Shown: positions 26,601 to 41,300, counted from the first letter of the stretch. The stretch is 64,000 bases of DNA from Eledone cirrhosa (GCA_964016885.1 OZ024740.1:406038001-406102000); one strand, 5' to 3'. The notes: generated by a model from the sequence alone, not told the origin. Translations and numbers: made by a program.

Positions 26601-29600
26601 TAATGGTGTTAGAGTTGGTTTTAATGGTGGTAGAGTTGGGGTTAATGGTGTTAGAGTTGGTCTTTAATGTTGGTAGAGTTGGTGTTACTGGTGTTAGAGT
26701 TGGTGTTAATGGTGCTAGAGTTGGTGTTAATGGTGGTAGAGTTTGTGTTAATGGTGGTAGAGTTGGTCTTTAATGGTGGTAGAGTTGGTGTTAATGGTGG
26801 TAGAGTTGGTGTTAATGGTGGTAGAGTTGGTGTTAAAGGTGTTAGAGTTGGTGTTAATGGTGTTAGAGTTGGGTTTTAATGGTGGTAGAGTTGGTGTTAA
26901 TGGTGGTAGAGTCGGTGTTAATGGTGTTAGCGGTGGTGTTAATGGTGGTAGAGTTGGTGTTAATGGTGGTAGAGTTGCTCTTTAATGGTGTTAGAGTTGG
27001 TGTTAATGGTGTTAGAGTTGGTGTTAATGGTGGTAGAGTTGCTGTTAATGGTGTTAGAGTTGGTCTTTAATGGTGGTAGTGTTGGTGTTAATGGTGTTAG
27101 AGTTGGTGTTAATGGTGGTAGAGTTGGTGTTAATGGTGGTAGAGTTGGTGTTAATTGTGGTCGAATTGTTGTTAATGGTTATTAGATTTGGTGTTAGAGT
27201 TGGTGTTAATGGTGGTAGAGTTGGTGTTAATGGTGTTAGAGTTGGTGTTAATGGTGGTAGAGTTGGTCTTTAATGGTGGTAGAGTTGGTGTTAATTGTGG
27301 TAGAGTTGGTGTTAATCGTGGTAGAGTTGGTGTTAATGGTGTCAGAGTTGGTGTTAATGGTGTTAGAGTTGGTGTTAATGGTGTTAGAGTTGATATTAAT
27401 GTTGGTAGAGTTGGTGTTAATGGTGTTAGAGTTGATATTAATGGTGGTAGAGTTGGTGTTAATGGTGGTAGAGTTGGTGTTAATTGTGGTAGAGTTGGTG
27501 TTAATCGTGGTAGAGTTGGTGTTAATGGTGTCAGAGTTGGTGTTAATGGTGGTAGAGTTGGTGTTAATGGTGTTAGAGTTGGTCTTTAATGGCGGTAGAG
27601 CTGGTGTAAATGGTGTTAGAGTTGGTGTTAATGGTGTTAGAGTTGATATTAATGTTGGTAGAGTTGGTGTTAATGGTGTTAGAGTTGGTGTTAATGGTGG
27701 TAGAGTTGGTGTTAATGGTGTTAGAGTTGGTCTTTAATGGCGGTAGAGCTGGTGTAAATGGTGTTAGAGTTGGTGTTAATGGTGTTAGAGTTGATATTAA
27801 TGTTGGTAGAGTTGGTGTTAATGGTGTTAGAGTTGGTGTTAATGGTGTTAGAGTTGGTGTTAATGGTGTTAGAGTTGATATTAATGTTGGTAGAGTTGGT
27901 GTTAATGGTGTTAGAGTTGATATTAATGGTGGTAGATTTGGTGTTAATGGTGTTAGAGTTGGTGTTAATGGTGGTAGAGTTGGTTTTAATGGTGTTAAAG
28001 TTGGTCTTTAATGGTGGTAGAGTTGGTGTTAATGGTGTTAGAGTCGATGTTAATGGTGTTAGAATTGGAGTTAATGGTGTTAGAGTTGGTGTTAATGGTG
28101 TTAATGGTGGTAGAGTTGCTGTTAATGGTGATAGAGTTGGTTTTTAATGGTGGTAGAGTTGGTGTTAATGGTGTTAGAGTTTGTGTTAATAGTGGTAGAG
28201 TTGGCGTTAATGGTGTTAGAGTTGGTGTTAATGGTGTTAGAGTTGGCAGAGTTGATGTTAATGGTGGTAGAGTTGGTGTTAATGGTGGTAGAGTTGGTCT
28301 TTAATGGTGGTAGGGTTGGTCTTTAATGGTGGTAGAGTTGGTGTTAATTGTGTTAGAGTTGGTGTTATAGTGTTAGAGTTGGAGTTAATGGTGGTAGAGT
28401 TGGTGTTAATGGTGGTAGAGTTGGTCTTTAAGGGTGGTAGAGTTGGTGTTAATGGTGTTACAGTTGGTGTTAATGGTGTTAGAGTTGGTGTTAATGGTGG
28501 TAGAGTTGGTGTTAATGGTGGTAGAGTTGGTGTTAATGGTGGTAGAGTTGGTGTTAATGGTGGTAGAGTTGATTTTAATGGTGTTAGAGTTGGTCTTTAA
28601 TGGTGGTAGAGTTGGTGTTAATGGTGTTAGAGTTGGTGTTAATGGTGTTAGAGTTGGTGTTAATGGTGGTAGAGTTGGTGTTAATGGTAGAGTTGGTGTT
28701 AATGGTGATAGAGTTGGTTTTAATGGTGTTAGATTTGGTCTTTAATGGTGGTAGAGTTGGTGTAAATGGTGTTAGAGTTGGTCTTTAATGGTGGTAGAGT
28801 TGGTGTTAATGGTGTTAGAGTTGGTCTTTAATGTTGGTAGAGTTGGTGTTAATGGTGTTAGAGTTGGTGTTAATGGTGGTAGAGTTGGTGTTAATGATGT
28901 TAGAGTTGGTGTTAATGGTGGTAGAGTCGGTGTTAATGGTGTTAGAGTTGGTGTTAATGGAGTTAGAGTTGGTATTAATGGTGTTAATGGTGTTAGAGTT
29001 GGATTTAATGGTGGTAGAGTTGGTGTTAATGATGTTAGAGTTGGTGTTAATGGTGGTAGAGTTGGTGTTAATGGTGGAAGAGTTGGTGTTAATTGTGTTA
29101 GAGTTGGTGTTAATGGTGTTAGAGTTTGTGTTAATGGTGGTAGAGTTGATGTTAATATTGGTAGAGTTGGTGTTAATGGTGGTAGAGTTGGTGTTAATGG
29201 TGGTAGAGTTGGTGTTAATGGTGGTAGAGTTTGTGTTAATGGTGGTAGATTTGGTCTTTAATGGTGGTTGAGTTGGTGTTAATGGTGGTAGAGTTGGTGT
29301 TAATGGTGGTAGAGTTGGTGTTAATGGTGTTAGAGTTGGTGTTAATGGTGTTAGAGTTGGTGTTAGAGTTGGTGTTAATGGTGGTAGAGTTGGTGTTAAT
29401 GGTGTTAGAGTTGGTGTTAATGGTGCTAGAGTTGGTGTTAATGGTGGTAGAGTTTGTGTTAATGGTGGTAGAGTTGGTCTTTAATGGTGGTAGAGTTGGT
29501 GTTAATGGTGGTAGAGTTGGTGTTAATGGTGGTAGAGTTGGTGTTAATGGTGTTAGAGTTGGTGTTAATGGTGTTAGAGTTGGTGTTAATGGTGGTAGAG

Positions 29601-32600
29601 TTGGTGTTAATGGTGTTAGAGTTGGTGTTAATGGTGCTAGAGTTGGTGTTAATGGTGTTAGAGTTGGTGTTAATGGTGTTAGAGTTGGTGTTAATGGTGG
29701 TAGAGTCGGTCTTAATGGTGTTAGAGGTGGTGTTAATGGTGATAGAGTTGGTGTTAATGGTGGTAGAGTTGGTGTTAATGGTGGTAGAGTTGGTGTTAAT
29801 GGTGTTAGAGTTGGTGTTAATGGTGTTAGAGTTGGTGTTAATGGTGGTAGAGTTGGTGTTAATGGTGGTAGAGTTGGTGTTAAAGGTGTTAGAGTTGGTG
29901 TTAATGGTGTTAGAGTTGGGTTTTAATGGTGGTAGAGTTGGTGTTAATGGTGGTAGAGTCGGTCTTAATGGTGTTAGAGGTGGTGTTAATGGTGGTAGAG
30001 TTGGTGTTAATGGTGGTAGAGGTTGTGTTAATGGTGGTAGAGTTGGTCTTTAATGGCGGTAGAGTTGGTGTTAATGGTGTTAGAGTTGGTGTTAATAGTG
30101 GTAGAGTTGGTGTTAATGGTGTTAGAGTTGGTGTTAATGGTGTTAGAGTTGGTGTTAATGGTGTTAGAGTTGGTGTTAATGGTGGTAGAGTTGGTGTTAA
30201 TGGTGGTAGAGTCGGTGTTAATGGTGTTAGAGGTGGTGTTAATGGTGGTAGAGTTGGTGTTAATGGTGGTAGAGTTGGTGTTAATGGTGGTAGAGTTGCT
30301 CTTTAATGGTGTTAGAGTTGGTGTTAATGGTGTTAGAGTTGGTGTTAATGGTGCTAGAGTTGCTGTTAATGGTGTTAGAGTTGGTCTTTAATGGTGGTAG
30401 TGTTGGTGTTAGAGTTGGTGTTAATGGTGGTAGAGTTGGTGTTAATGGTGGTAGAGTTGGTGTTAATGGTGGTAGAGTTGGTGTTAATGGTGGTCGAATT
30501 GGTGTTAATGGTTATTAGAGTTGGTGTTAATGGTGTTAGAGTTGGTGTTAATGGTGGTAGAGTTGGTGTTAATGGTGTTAGAGTTGGTGTTAATGGTGGT
30601 AGAGTTGGTCTTTAATGGCGGTAGAGTTGGTGTTAATTGTGGTAGAGTTGGTGTTAATCGTGGTAGAGTTGGTGTTAATGGTGTCAGAGTTGGTGTTAAT
30701 GGTGGTAGAGTTGGTGTTAATGGTGTTAGAGTTGGTCTTTAATGGCGGTAGAGCTGGTGTTAATGGTGTTAGAGTTGATATTAATGGTGGTAGAGTTGGT
30801 GTTAATGGTGTTAGAGTTGGTGTTAATGGTGGTAGAGTTGGTCTTTAATGGCGGTAGAGTTGGTGTTAATAGTGGTAGAGTTGGCGTTAATGGTGTTAGA
30901 GTTGGTGTTAATGGTGTTAGAGTTGGCAGAGTTGATGTTAATGGTGGTAGAGTTGGTGTTAATGGTGGTAGAGTTGGTCTTTAATGGTGGTAGAGTTGGT
31001 CTTTAATGGTGGTAGAGTTGGTGTTAATTGTGTTAGAGTTGGTGTTATAATGTTAGAGTTGGAGTTAATGGTGGTAGAGTTGGTGTTAATGGTGGTAGAG
31101 TTGGTGTTAATGGTGGTAAAGTTGGTGTTAATGGTGTTAGAGTTGGCGTTAATGGTGGTAGAGTTGGTGTTAATGGTGGTAGAGTTGGTCTTTAATGGTG
31201 GTAGAGTTGGTGTTAATGGTGGTAGAGTTGGTGTTAATGGTGGTAGAGTTGGTGTTAATGGTGTTAGAGTTGGTGTTAATAGTGTTAGAGTTGGTGTTAA
31301 TGGTGTTAGAGTTGGTGTTAATGGTGGTAGAGTTGGTGTTAAAGGTGTTAGAGTTGGTGTTAATGGTGGTAGAGTTGGTGTTAATGGTGTTAGAGTTGGT
31401 CTAATGGTGGTAGAGTCGGTGTTAATGGTGTTAGAGTTGGTGTTAATGGTGGTAGAGTTGGTGTTAATGGTGTTAGAGTTGGTGTTAATGGTGTTAGAGT
31501 TGGTGTTAATGGTGTTAGAGTTGGTCTTTAATGGTGGTAGATTTGGTGTTAATATTGGTAGAGTTGGTCTTTAATGGTGGTAGAGTTGGTGTTAATGGTG
31601 GTAGAGTTGGTGTTAATGGTGTTAGAGTTGGTGTTAATGGTGTTAGAGTTGGTGTTAATGGTGGTAGAGTTGGTCTTTAATGGTGGTAGAGTTGGTGTTA
31701 ATGGTGGTAGAGTTGGGGTTAATGGTGTTAGAGTTGGTGTTAATGGTGTTGGAGTTGATGTTAATGGTGGTAGAGATGGTGTTAATGGTGGTAGAGTTGG
31801 TGTTAATGGTGGTAGAGTTGGTGTTAATGGTGGTAGAGTTGGTGTTAATGGTGGAAGTGTTGGTGTTAATTGTGTTGGAGTTGGTGTTAATGGTGTTAGA
31901 GTTGGTGTTAATGGTGGTAGAGTTGGTGTTAATATTGGTAGAGTTGGTGTTAATGGTGGTAGAGTTGGTGTTAATGGTGTTATAGTTGGTGTTAATGGTG
32001 TTAGAGTTGGTTTTAATGGTGGTAGAGTTGGGGTTAATGGTGTTAGAGTTGGTGTTAATGGTGCTAGAGTTGGTGTTAATGGTGGTAGAGTTTGTGTTAA
32101 TGGAGGTAGAGTTGGTCTTTAATGGTGGTAGAGTTGGTGTTAATGGTGGTAGAGTTGGTGTTAATGGTGGTAGAGTTGGTGTTAAAGGTGTTAGAGTTGG
32201 TGTTAATGGTGTTAGAGTTGGGTTTTAATGGTGGTAGAGTTGGTGTTAATGGTGGTAGAGTCGGTGTTAATGGTGTTAGCGGTGGTGTTAATGGTGGTAG
32301 AGTTGGTGTTAATGGTGGTAGAGTTGGTGTTAATGGTGGTAGAGTTGCTCTTTAATGGTGTTAGAGTTGGTGTTAATGGTGTTAGAGTTGGTGTTAATGG
32401 TGGTAGAGTTGCTGTTAATGGTGTTAGAGTTGGTCTTTAATGGTGGTAGTGTTGGTGTTAATGGTGTTAGAGTTGGTGTTAATGGTGGTAGAGTTGGTGT
32501 TAATGGTGGTAGAGTTGGTGTTAATGGTGGTAGAGTTGGTGTTAATTGTGGTCGAATTGGTGTTAATGGTTATTAGATTTGGTGTTAGAGTTGGTGTTAA

Positions 32601-33684
32601 TGGTGGTAGAGTTGGTGTTAATGGTGTTAGAGTTGGTGTTAATGGTGGTAGAGTTGGTCTTTAATGGTGGTAGAGTTGGTGTTAATTGTGGTAGAGTTGG
32701 TGTTAATCGTGGTAGAGTTGGTGTTAATGGTGTCAGAGTTGGTGTTAATGGTGGTAGAGTTGGTGTTAATGGTGTTAGAGTTGGTCTTTAATGGCGGTAG
32801 AGCTGGTGTAAATGGTGTTAGAGTTGGTGTTAATGGTGTTAGAGTTGATATTAATGTTGGTAGAGTTGGTGTTAATGGTGTTAGAGTTGGTGTTAATGGT
32901 GGTAGAGTTGGTTTTAATGGTGTTAAAGTTGGTCTTTAATGGTGGTAGAGTTGGTGTTAATGGTGTTAGAGTCGATGTTAATGGTGTTAGAATTGGAGTT
33001 AATGGTGTTAGAGTTGGTGTTAATGGTGTTAATGGGGGTAGAGTTGCTGTTAATGGTGTTAGAGTTGGTCTTTAATGGTGGTAGAGTTGGTGTTAATGGT
33101 GTTAGAGTTGGTGTTAATGGTGTTAGAGTTGGTGTTAATGGTGGTAGAGTTGGTGTTAATGGTGGTAGAGTTGGTGTTAATGGTGGTAGAGTTGGTGTTA
33201 ATGGTGTTATAGTTGGTGTTAATGGTGTTAGAGTTGGTCTTTAATGGTGGTAGATTTGGTGTTAATATTGGTAGAGTTGGTCTTTAATGGTGGTAGAGTT
33301 GGTGTTAATGGTGGTAGAGTTGGTTTTAATGGTGTTAGAGTTGGTGTTAATGGTGTTAGAGTTGGTGTTAATGGTGTTAGAGTTGGTGTTAATGGTGGTA
33401 GAGTTGGTCTTTAATGGTGTTAGAGTTGGTGTTAATGGTGGTAGAGTTGGGGTTAATGGTGTTAGAGTTGGTGTTAGAGTTGATGTTAATGGTGGTAGAG
33501 ATGGTGTTAATGGTGGTAGAGTTGGTGTTAATGGTGGTAGAGTTGGTGTTAATGGTGGTAGAGTTGGTGTTAATGGTGGAAGTGTTGGTGTTAATTGTGT
33601 TGGAGTTGGTGTTAATGGTGTTAGAGTTGGTGTTAATGGTGGTAGAGTTGGTGTTAATATTGGTAGAGTTGGTGTTAATGGTGG

Positions 33685-36600
33685 TAGAGTTGGTGTTAAT
33701 GGTGTTATAGTTGGTGTTAATGGTGTTAGAGTTGGTTTTAATGGTGGTAGAGTTGGGGTTAATGGTGTTAGAGTTGGTCTTTAATGTTGGTAGAGTTGGT
33801 GTTACTGGTGTTAGAGTTGGTGTTAATGGTGCTAGAGTTGGTGTTAATGGTGGTAGAGTTTGTGTTAATGGTGGTAGAGTTGGTCTTTAATGGTGGTAGA
33901 GTTGGTGTTAATGGTGGTAGAGTTGGTGTTAATGGTGGGAGAGTTGGTGTTAAAGGTGTTAGAGTTGGTGTTAATGGTGTTAGAGTTGGGTTTTAATGGT
34001 GGTAGAGTTGGTGTTAATGGTGGTAGAGTCGGTGTTAATGGTGTTAGCGGTGGTGTTAATGGTGGTAGAGTTGGTGTTAATGGTGGTAGAGTTGGTGTTA
34101 ATGGTGGTAGAGTTGCTCTTTAATGGTGTTAGAGTTGGTGTTAATGGTGTTAGAGTTTGTGTTAATGGTGGTAGAGTTGCTGTTAATGGTGTTAGAGTTG
34201 GTCTTTAATGGTGGTAGTGTTGGTGTTAATGGTGTTAGAGTTGGTGTTAATGGTGGTAGAGTTGGTGTTAATGGTGGTAGAGTTGGTGTTAATGGTGGTA
34301 GAGTTGGTGTTAATTGTGGTCGAATTGGTGTTAATGGTTATTAGATTTGGTGTTAGAGTTGGTGTTAATGGTGGTAAAGTTTGTGTTAATGGTGTTAGAG
34401 TTGGTGTTAATGGTGGTAGAGTTGGTCTTTAATGGTGGTAGAGTTGGTGTTAATTGTGGTAGAGTTGGTGTTAATCGTGGTAGAGTTGGTGTTAATGGTG
34501 TTAGAGTTGGTCTTTAATGGCGGTAGAGCTGGTGTAAATGGTGTTAGAGTTGGTGTTAATGGTGTTAGAGTTGATATTAATGTTGGTAGAGTTGGTGTTA
34601 ATGGTGTTAGAGTTGGTGTTAATGGTGGTAAAGTTGGTGTTAATGGTGTTAGAGTTGGTCTTTAATGGCGGTAGAGCTGGTGTTAATGGTGTTAGAGTTG
34701 GTGTTAATGGTGTTAGAGTTGATATTAATGGTGGTAGAGTTGGTGTTAATGGTGTTAGAGTCGATGTTAATGGTGTTAGAATTGGAGTTAATGGTGTTAG
34801 AGTTGGTGTTAATGGTGTTAATGGTGGTAGAGTTGCTGTTAATGGTGATAGAGTTGGTTTTTAATGGTGGTAGAGTTGGTGTTAATGGTGTTAGAGTTTG
34901 TGTTAATAGTGGTAGAGTTGGCGTTAATGGTGTTAGAGTTGGTGTTAATGGTGTTAGAGTTGGCAGAGTTGATGTTAATGGTGGTAGAGTTGGTGTTAAT
35001 GGTGGTAGAGTTGGTTTTTAATGGTGGTAGGGTTGGTCTTTAATGGTGGTAGAGTTGGTGTTAATTGTGTTAGAGTTGGTGTTATAGTGTTAGAGTTGGA
35101 GTTAATGGTGGTAGAGTTGGTGTTAATGGTGGTAGAGTTGGTGTTAATGGTGGTAAAGTTGGTGTTAATGGTGGTAGAGTTGGTGTTAATGGTGGAAGAG
35201 TTGGTGTTAATTGTGTTAGAGTTGGTGTTAATGGTGTTAGAGTTGGTGTTAATGGTGGTAGAGTTGGTGTTAATATTGGTAGAGTTGGTGTTAATGGTGG
35301 TAGAGTTGGTGTTAATGGTGGTAGAGTTGGTTTTAATGGTGTTAAAGTTGGTCTTTAATGGTGGTAGAGTTGGTGTTAATGGTGTTAGAATTGGTGTTAA
35401 TGGTGTTAGAGTTGGTCTTTATTGGTGGTAGAGTTGGTGTTAATGATGTTAGAGTTGGTGTTAATGGTGGTAGAGTTGGTGTTAATGGTGGTAGTGTTGG
35501 TGTTAATGGTGGTAGAGTTGGTGTTAATGGTGGTAGTGTTGGTGTTAATGGTGGTAGAGTTGGTCTTTAAGGGTGGTAGAGCTGGTGTTAATGGTGGTAG
35601 AGTTGCTGTTAATGGTGTTAGAGTTGGTGTTAATGGTGTTAGAGTTGGCGGAGTTTGTGTTAATGGTGGTAGAGTTGGTGTTAATGGTGGTAGAGTTGGT
35701 GTTAATGGTGGTAGTGTTGGTGTTAATGGTGGTAGAGCTGGTCTTTAAGGGTGGTAGAGTTGGTGTTAATGGTGGTAGAGTTGCTGTTAATGGTGGTAGA
35801 GTTGGTCTTTAAGGGTGGTAGAGCTGGTGTTAATGGTGGTAGAGTTGCTGTTAATGGTGGTAGAGTTGGTCTTTAAGGGTGGTAGAGTTGGTGTTAATGG
35901 TGTTAGAGTTGCTGTTAATGGTGTTAGAGTTGCTGTTAATGGTGTTAGAGTTGGTCTTTAATGGTGGCAGAGTTGCTGTTAATTGTGGTAGAGTTGGTGT
36001 TAATGGTGGTAAGTTGGTGTTAATGGTGTTAGAGTTGGTGTTAATGGTGTTATAGTTGGTGTTAATGGTGTTAGAGTTGGTTTTAATGGTGGTAGAGTTG
36101 GGGTTAATGGTGTTAGAGTTGGTCTTTAATGTTGGTAGAGTTGGTGTTACTGGTGTTAGAGTTGGTGTTAATGGTGCTAGAGTTGGTGTTAATGGTGGTA
36201 GAGTTTGTGTTAATGGTGGTAGAGTTGGTCTTTAATGGTGGTAGAGTTGGTGTTAATGGTGGTAGAGTTGGTGTTAATGGTGGGAGAGTTGGTGTTAAAG
36301 GTGTTAGAGTTGGTGTTAATGGTGTTAGAGTTGGGTTTTAATGGTGGTAGAGTTGGTGTTAATGGTGGTAGAGTCGGTGTTAATGGTGTTAGCGGTGGTG
36401 TTAATGGTGGTAGAGTTGGTGTTAATGGTGGTAGAGTTGGTGTTAATGGTGGTAGAGTTGCTCTTTAATGGTGTTAGAGTTGGTGTTAATGGTGTTAGAG
36501 TTTGTGTTAATGGTGGTAGAGTTGCTGTTAATGGTGTTAGAGTTGGTCTTTAATGGTGGTAGTGTTGGTGTTAATGGTGTTAGAGTTGGTGTTAATGGTG

Positions 36601-38393
36601 GTAGAGTTGGTGTTAATGGTGGTAGAGTTGGTGTTAATGGTGGTAGAGTTGGTGTTAATTGTGGTCGAATTGGTGTTAATGGTTATTAGATTTGGTGTTA
36701 GAGTTGGTGTTAATGGTGGTAAAGTTTGTGTTAATGGTGTTAGAGTTGGTGTTAATGGTGGTAGAGTTGGTCTTTAATGGTGGTAGAGTTGGTGTTAATT
36801 GTGGTAGAGTTGGTGTTAATCGTGGTAGAGTTGGTGTTAATGGTGTTAGAGTTGGTCTTTAATGGCGGTAGAGCTGGTGTAAATGGTGTTAGAGTTGGTG
36901 TTAATGGTGTTAGAGTTGATATTAATGTTGGTAGAGTTGGTGTTAATGGTGTTAGAGTTGGTGTTAATGGTGGTAAAGTTGGTGTTAATGGTGTTAGAGT
37001 TGGTCTTTAATGGCGGTAGAGCTGGTGTTAATGGTGTTAGAGTTGGTGTTAATGGTGTTAGAGTTGATATTAATGGTGGTAGAGTTGGTGTTAATGGTGT
37101 TAGAGTCGATGTTAATGGTGTTAGAATTGGAGTTAATGGTGTTAGAGTTGGTGTTAATGGTGTTAATGGTGGTAGAGTTGCTGTTAATGGTGATAGAGTT
37201 GGTTTTTAATGGTGGTAGAGTTGGTGTTAATGGTGTTAGAGTTTGTGTTAATAGTGGTAGAGTTGGCGTTAATGGTGTTAGAGTTGGTGTTAATGGTGTT
37301 AGAGTTGGCAGAGTTGATGTTAATGGTGGTAGAGTTGGTGTTAATGGTGGTAGAGTTGGTTTTTAATGGTGGTAGGGTTGGTCTTTAATGGTGGTAGAGT
37401 TGGTGTTAATTGTGTTAGAGTTGGTGTTATAGTGTTAGAGTTGGAGTTAATGGTGGTAGAGTTGGTGTTAATGGTGGTAGAGTTGGTGTTAATGGTGGTA
37501 AAGTTGGTGTTAATGGTGGTAGAGTTGGTGTTAATGGTGGAAGAGTTGGTGTTAATTGTGTTAGAGTTGGTGTTAATGGTGTTAGAGTTGGTGTTAATGG
37601 TGGTAGAGTTGGTGTTAATATTGGTAGAGTTGGTGTTAATGGTGGTAGAGTTGGTGTTAATGGTGGTAGAGTTGGTTTTAATGGTGTTAAAGTTGGTCTT
37701 TAATGGTGGTAGAGTTGGTGTTAATGGTGTTAGAATTGGTGTTAATGGTGTTAGAGTTGGTCTTTATTGGTGGTAGAGTTGGTGTTAATGATGTTAGAGT
37801 TGGTGTTAATGGTGGTAGAGTTGGTGTTAATGGTGGTAGTGTTGGTGTTAATGGTGGTAGAGTTGGTGTTAATGGTGGTAGTGTTGGTGTTAATGGTGGT
37901 AGAGTTGGTCTTTAAGGGTGGTAGAGCTGGTGTTAATGGTGGTAGAGTTGCTGTTAATGGTGTTAGAGTTGGTGTTAATGGTGTTAGAGTTGGCGGAGTT
38001 TGTGTTAATGGTGGTAGAGTTGGTGTTAATGGTGGTAGAGTTGGTGTTAATGGTGGTAGTGTTGGTGTTAATGGTGGTAGAGCTGGTCTTTAAGGGTGGT
38101 AGAGTTGGTGTTAATGGTGGTAGAGTTGCTGTTAATGGTGGTAGAGTTGGTCTTTAAGGGTGGTAGAGCTGGTGTTAATGGTGGTAGAGTTGCTGTTAAT
38201 GGTGGTAGAGTTGGTCTTTAAGGGTGGTAGAGTTGGTGTTAATGGTGTTAGAGTTGCTGTTAATGGTGTTAGAGTTGCTGTTAATGGTGTTAGAGTTGGT
38301 CTTTAATGGTGGCAGAGTTGCTGTTAATTGTGGTAGAGTTGGTGTTAATGGTGGTAAGTTGGTGTTAATGGTGTTAGAGTTGGTGTTAATGGT
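33685..38393. repeat. 2345-bp tandem higher-order duplication, copies apparently identical
   Basis: All ORF-track entries 33784-35812 recur at +2345 with identical translation (36129-38157). Rare markers GTTACTGG, GGGAGAG, GGTAAAGTTTGT, CTTTATT and GGTAAGTT are shared. Confidence 0.93.
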
Positions 38394-41300
38394 GGTAGTG
38401 TTGGTGTTAATGTTGGAAGAGTTGGTGTTAATGATGTTAGAGTTGTTGTTAATGGTGGTAGAGTTGGTGTTAATGGTGGTAGAGTTGGAGTTAATGGTGT
38501 TAGAGTCGGTGTTAATGGTGTTAGAGTTGGTGTTAATGGTGTTAGAGTTGGTGTTAATGGTGTTAGAGTTGCTGTTAATGGTGGTGGAGTTGGTGTTAAT
38601 GGTGGTAGAGTTGGTGTTAATGGTGGTAGAGTGGGTATTAATAGTGTTAGAGTTGGTGTTAATGGTGGTAGAGTTGGTGTTAATGATGGTAGAGTTGGTG
38701 TTAATGGTGTTAGAGTTGGTCTTTAATGGTGGTAGAGTTGGTCTTTAAGGGTGGTAGAGTTGGTGTTAATGGTGGTAGAGCTGCTGTTAATGGTGGTAGA
38801 GTTGGTCTTTAAGGGTGGCAGAGTTGGTGTTAATGGTGGTAGAGTTGCTGTTAATGGTGGTAGAGTTGGTCTTTAAGGGTGGTAGAGTTGGTGTTAATGG
38901 TGGTAGAGTTGGTGTTAATGGTGGTAGAGTTGGTCTTTAAGGGTGGTAGAGTTGGTGTTAATGGTGTTAGAGTTGGTGTTAATGGTGTTAGAGTTGGTGT
39001 TAATGGTGGTAGAGTTGGTGTTAATGGTGGTAGAGTTTGTGTTAATGGTGGTAGAGTTGGTGTTAATGGTGGTTGAGTTGATTTTAATGGTGTTAGAGTT
39101 GGTCTTTAATGGTGGTAGAGTTGGTGTTAATGGTGTTAGAGTAGGTGTTAATGGTGTTAGAGTTGGTGTTAATGGTGGTAGAGTTGGTGTTAATGGTAGA
39201 GTTGGTGTTAATGGTGATAGAGTTGGTTTTAATGGTGTTAGATTTGGTCTTTAATGGTGGTAGAGATGGTGTTAATGGTGTTAGAGTTGGTCTTTAATGG
39301 TGGTAGAGTTGGTGTTAATGGTGGTAGAGTTGGTGTTAATGGTGTTAGAGTTGGTCTTTAATGTTGGTAGAGTTGGTGTTAATGGTGTTAGAGTTGGTGT
39401 TAATGGTGGTAGAGTTGGTGTTAATGATGTTAGAGTTGGTGTTAATGGTGTTAGAGTCGGTGATAATGGTGTTAGAGTTGGTGTTAATGGAGTTAGAGTT
39501 GGTATTAATGGTGTTAATGGTGTTAGAGTTGGATTTAATGGTGTTAGAGTTGGTCTTTAATGGTGGTAGATTTGGGGATAATGGTGTTAGAGTTGGTGTT
39601 AATGGTGGTAGAGTTGGTGTTAATGGAGTTAGAGTTGGTGTTAATGGTGTTAGAGTTGATGTTAATGGTGGTAGAGATGGTGTTAATGGTGGTAGAGTTG
39701 GTGTTAATGGTGCTAGAGTTGGTGTTAATGGTGGTAGAGTTGGTGTTAATGGTGGAAGAGTTGGTGTTAATTGTGTTAGAGTTGGTGTTAATGGTGTTAG
39801 AGTTTGTGTTAATGGTGGTAGAGTTGGTGTTAATATTGGTAGAGTTGGTGTTAATGGTGGTAGAGTTGGTGTTAATGGTGGTAGAGTTGGTGTTAATGGT
39901 GTTAGAGTTGGTGTTAATGGTGTTAGAGTTGGTTTTAATGGTGGTAGAGTTGGGGTTAATGGTGTTAGAGTTGGTCTTTAATGTTGGTAGAGTTGGTGTT
40001 AATGGTGTTAGGGTGCTAGAGTTGGTGTTAATGGTGGTAGAGTTTGTGTTAATGGTGGTAGATTTGGTCTTTAATGGTGGTAGAGTTGGTGTTAATGGTG
40101 GTAGAGTTGGTGTTAATGGTGCTAGAGTTGGTGTTAATGGTGTTAGAGTTGGTGTTAATGGTGCTAGAGTTGGTGTTAATGGTGGTAGAGTTTGTGTTAA
40201 TGGTGGTAGAGTTGGTCTTTAATGGTGGTAGAGTTGGTGTTAATGGTGGTAGAGTTGGTGTTAATGGTGGTAGAGTTGGTGTTAATGGTGTTAGAGTTGG
40301 TGTTAATGGTGTTAGAGTTGGTGTTAATGGTGGTAGAGTTGGTGTTAATGGTGTTAGAGTTGGTGTTAATGGTGCTAGAGTTGGTGTTAATGGTGTTAGT
40401 GTTGGTGTTAATGGTGTTAGAGTTGGTGTTAATGGTGGTAGAGTCGGTCTTAATGGTGTTAGAGGTGGTGTTAATGGTGGTAGAGTTGGTGTTAATGGTG
40501 GTAGAGTTGGTGTTAATGGTGGTAGAGTTGGTGTTAATGGTGTTAGAGTTGGTGTTAATGGTGTTAGAGTTGGTGTTAATGGTGGTAGAGTTGGTGTTAA
40601 TGGTGGTAGAGTTGGTGTTAAAGGTGTTAGAGTTGGTGTTAATGGTGTTAAAGTTGGGTTTTAATGGTGGTAGAGTTGGTGTTAATGGTGGTAGAGTCGG
40701 TCTTAATGGTGTTAGAGGTGGTGTTAATGGTGGTAGAGTTGGTGTTAATGGTGGTAGAGTTTGTGTTAATGGTGGTAGAGTTGGTCTTTAATGGTGGTAG
40801 AGTTGGTGTTAATGGTGTTAGAGTTGGTGTTAATAGTGGTAGAGTTGGTGTTAATGGTGTTAGAGTTGGTGTTAATGGTGTTAGAGTTGGTGTTAATGGT
40901 GTTAGAGTTGGTGTTAATGGTGGTAGAGTCGGTGTTAATGGTGTTAGAGTTGGTGTTAATAGTGGTAGAGTTGGTGTTAATGGTGTTAGAGTTGGTGTTA
41001 TTGGTGTTAGAGTTGGTCTTTAATGGTGGTAGAGTTGGTGTTAATGGTGTTAGAGTTGGTGTTAATGGTGGTAGAGTTGGTGTTAATGGTAGAGTTGGTG
41101 TTAATGGTGATAGAGTTGGTTTTAATGGTGTTAGATTTGGTCTTTAATGGTGGTAGAGTTGGTGTTAATGGTGTTAGAGTTGGTCTTTAATGGTGGTAGA
41201 GTTGGTGTTAATGGTGGTAGAGCTGGTGTTAATGGTGTTAGAGTTGGTCTTTAATGTTGGTAGAGTTGGTGTTAATGGTGTTAGAGTTGGTGTTAATGGT

